DNA of 63,981 nucleotides, filler included, from Perkinsus olseni (Eukaryota): NCBI GenBank assembly GCA_013115125.1. It is 6 parts of 6 records of this genome, joined end to end, with 100 filler letters (N's around TTAATTAATTAA, not from the genome) between each part and the next. Parts side by side here need not be neighbours in the genome. Positions count along the whole stretch, not along the records: positions 54,498 to 63,981 come from JABANN010000915.1; 5 more parts are not named here. One strand, 5' to 3'. Shown piece by piece: positions 62,611 to 63,981 of this stretch (position 1 is its first letter; each line of letters starts with the position of its first letter). The notes under the pieces were generated by a model. It saw only the letters and a program-made list of their open reading frames with translations, ran no database searches and was not told where the DNA came from. The position numbers and the translations under genes were made by a program.

Positions 62611-63981
62611 TAGTTACTCACGTGCACTAGTCGTAGCAGAGACACAGCAGACCAGGGAGCTAGTAACGTAAGAGCCAATCACTCGACGTACAGAATCCAG
62701 AACAGTCAACAATGACAACCACTGATGATCGATCGCGGCCTCTGCGTGGCCGTTACGGATACGTCAAAACCGGCGGATACCAACGGGCTCAATCACGTAT
62801 GATACGTGACGTATCCAGTTCCATGTTCGGTACTGAGTGATGCGTTCGAGTAAGGACCTTACTGTAAGGTCCGATCACTCCCTCTCCCTTGAAAGATGAG
62901 TTGGCTCAGTCAAGTGTGGTAGGGAGTCTGAGCGCTCGCCCAGTCGGTACAGAAGTGGAATATTGTGATGTCTAGAACATGCGGTGTAACTCTGCATTCG
63001 AGGCCCTCGAATCAAGGGTCTATTGCTTCCGTTATCGGCTTCATCAAGATGATACCAGTCGTTTTGTATGGTCTGATCAAGATATATTCTGATGTCTACG
63101 AGATGCGACATAATTCCTCCTCCTTCAGTTTCCTCGGATTCTGCTGCTGCAGTTGCTGGCTTCATTGTAGTGATCCCAGTCGTATCGTCACGAGATCCAT
63201 TTATAAGGTTTCTCCGAGGCCTGGCTAATATTGCTCTATGTCGCCCCCATGCGATACCCTTTGGAACGCCCTCTCCTAGTATACCGGTTATGCTCTCAGT
63301 GAGAATTTCTCACCGTACCGCTTCTTCTAGATCGCGCCGCACTAACCGGTGCGATCTAGTGACTAGATTCTAGTGGCACTAACCGTTGCACTAGTCGGCG
63401 CGTCGGCCAACATGTAGCGCACGATGTGTTATACACATGACCAAAGCGACAGATATTTGCTGTGAGTGACAATGGCGATCGCGCCGACGTATCTTTCGCT
63501 GAAACCGTAGCCGTCTCGGATACTCATGATCGCCATGAAAGCAACCAAACGTAGAGCCCTTTTGCAAGATTATTCGTCATTACCTTCCTTTGGTGCGCTA
63601 TGACCAAGTGAACGGCAGAACGACCCATCGTTGGCCCTCGGTGTCAGTATTCCACCGCAGAGAAATTTCTGATCCGACAGGGATGAGGTGGGATTTGTGG
63701 ATTTGCTATGGATACGAGGACCATGAACCTCGTCTCGACTTGTTATGAACAAGTTGTTGACAGAGTGCATCTCGTAGAAGTGCCCTCATTGAACTAACGT
63801 AAATGGCCTGCTGGTCGCCTCCTGAGCTACGAGGCAACAGACCCCAAAAGGAGCTCACTTTCCATGAGAAAGTGCGTACAGGATACATCCGCACCTTCCC
63901 CTGTCATACTCTGGAGGTATGGACGAAGTCACATACCGTCGGTGAAGCCGGCCGTGTGGGGACATTCGACACAAAGGGGCA

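Noticed and set aside
63504-63528. ACCGTAGCC as a spliced-leader RNA gene
   Set aside because: The match stops after 9 nt, with no GGCTCAAG/GT donor or Sm site.

Overview
Eukaryotic genomic DNA, most likely from a perkinsid alveolate (Perkinsus-like). This is inferred from dense ~45-55 nt GT/GC-AG introns, a CDPK, KG-rich RRM linkers and LITAF arrays. The window is not one locus: it is six unlinked ~10.8 kb contigs, sorted by length and joined by artificial 100-bp N44-TTAATTAATTAA-N44 spacers. Recognisable genes: GST-kappa; two inverted Gbp2-like 2xRRM paralogues with mosaic gene conversion; a GH18 chitinase pseudogene; a single-chromodomain protein; three tandem LITAF genes; cis-prenyltransferase; a CDPK; an SPFH/HIR gene cut by a Tc1/mariner-type end; a J-domain protein; a PAM2+MATH-like protein; a signal-peptide CS-domain protein; tRNA-Ala(TGC); and three members of an unnamed intronless secreted beta-rich family. 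Mobile DNA includes a BEL/Pao pol end, a DIRS/Ngaro-like element, mariner-type ends and MITE or foldback repeats. Two observations stand out. (1) Six introns in two unrelated genes contain tRNA 3'-fragment-like sequence (T-arm/B-box plus acceptor strand), and in four short introns it makes up much of the intron. (2) A BEL/Pao integrase carries a C-terminal Tudor/Agenet-like domain. All exon structures were read by eye, so boundaries are approximate.
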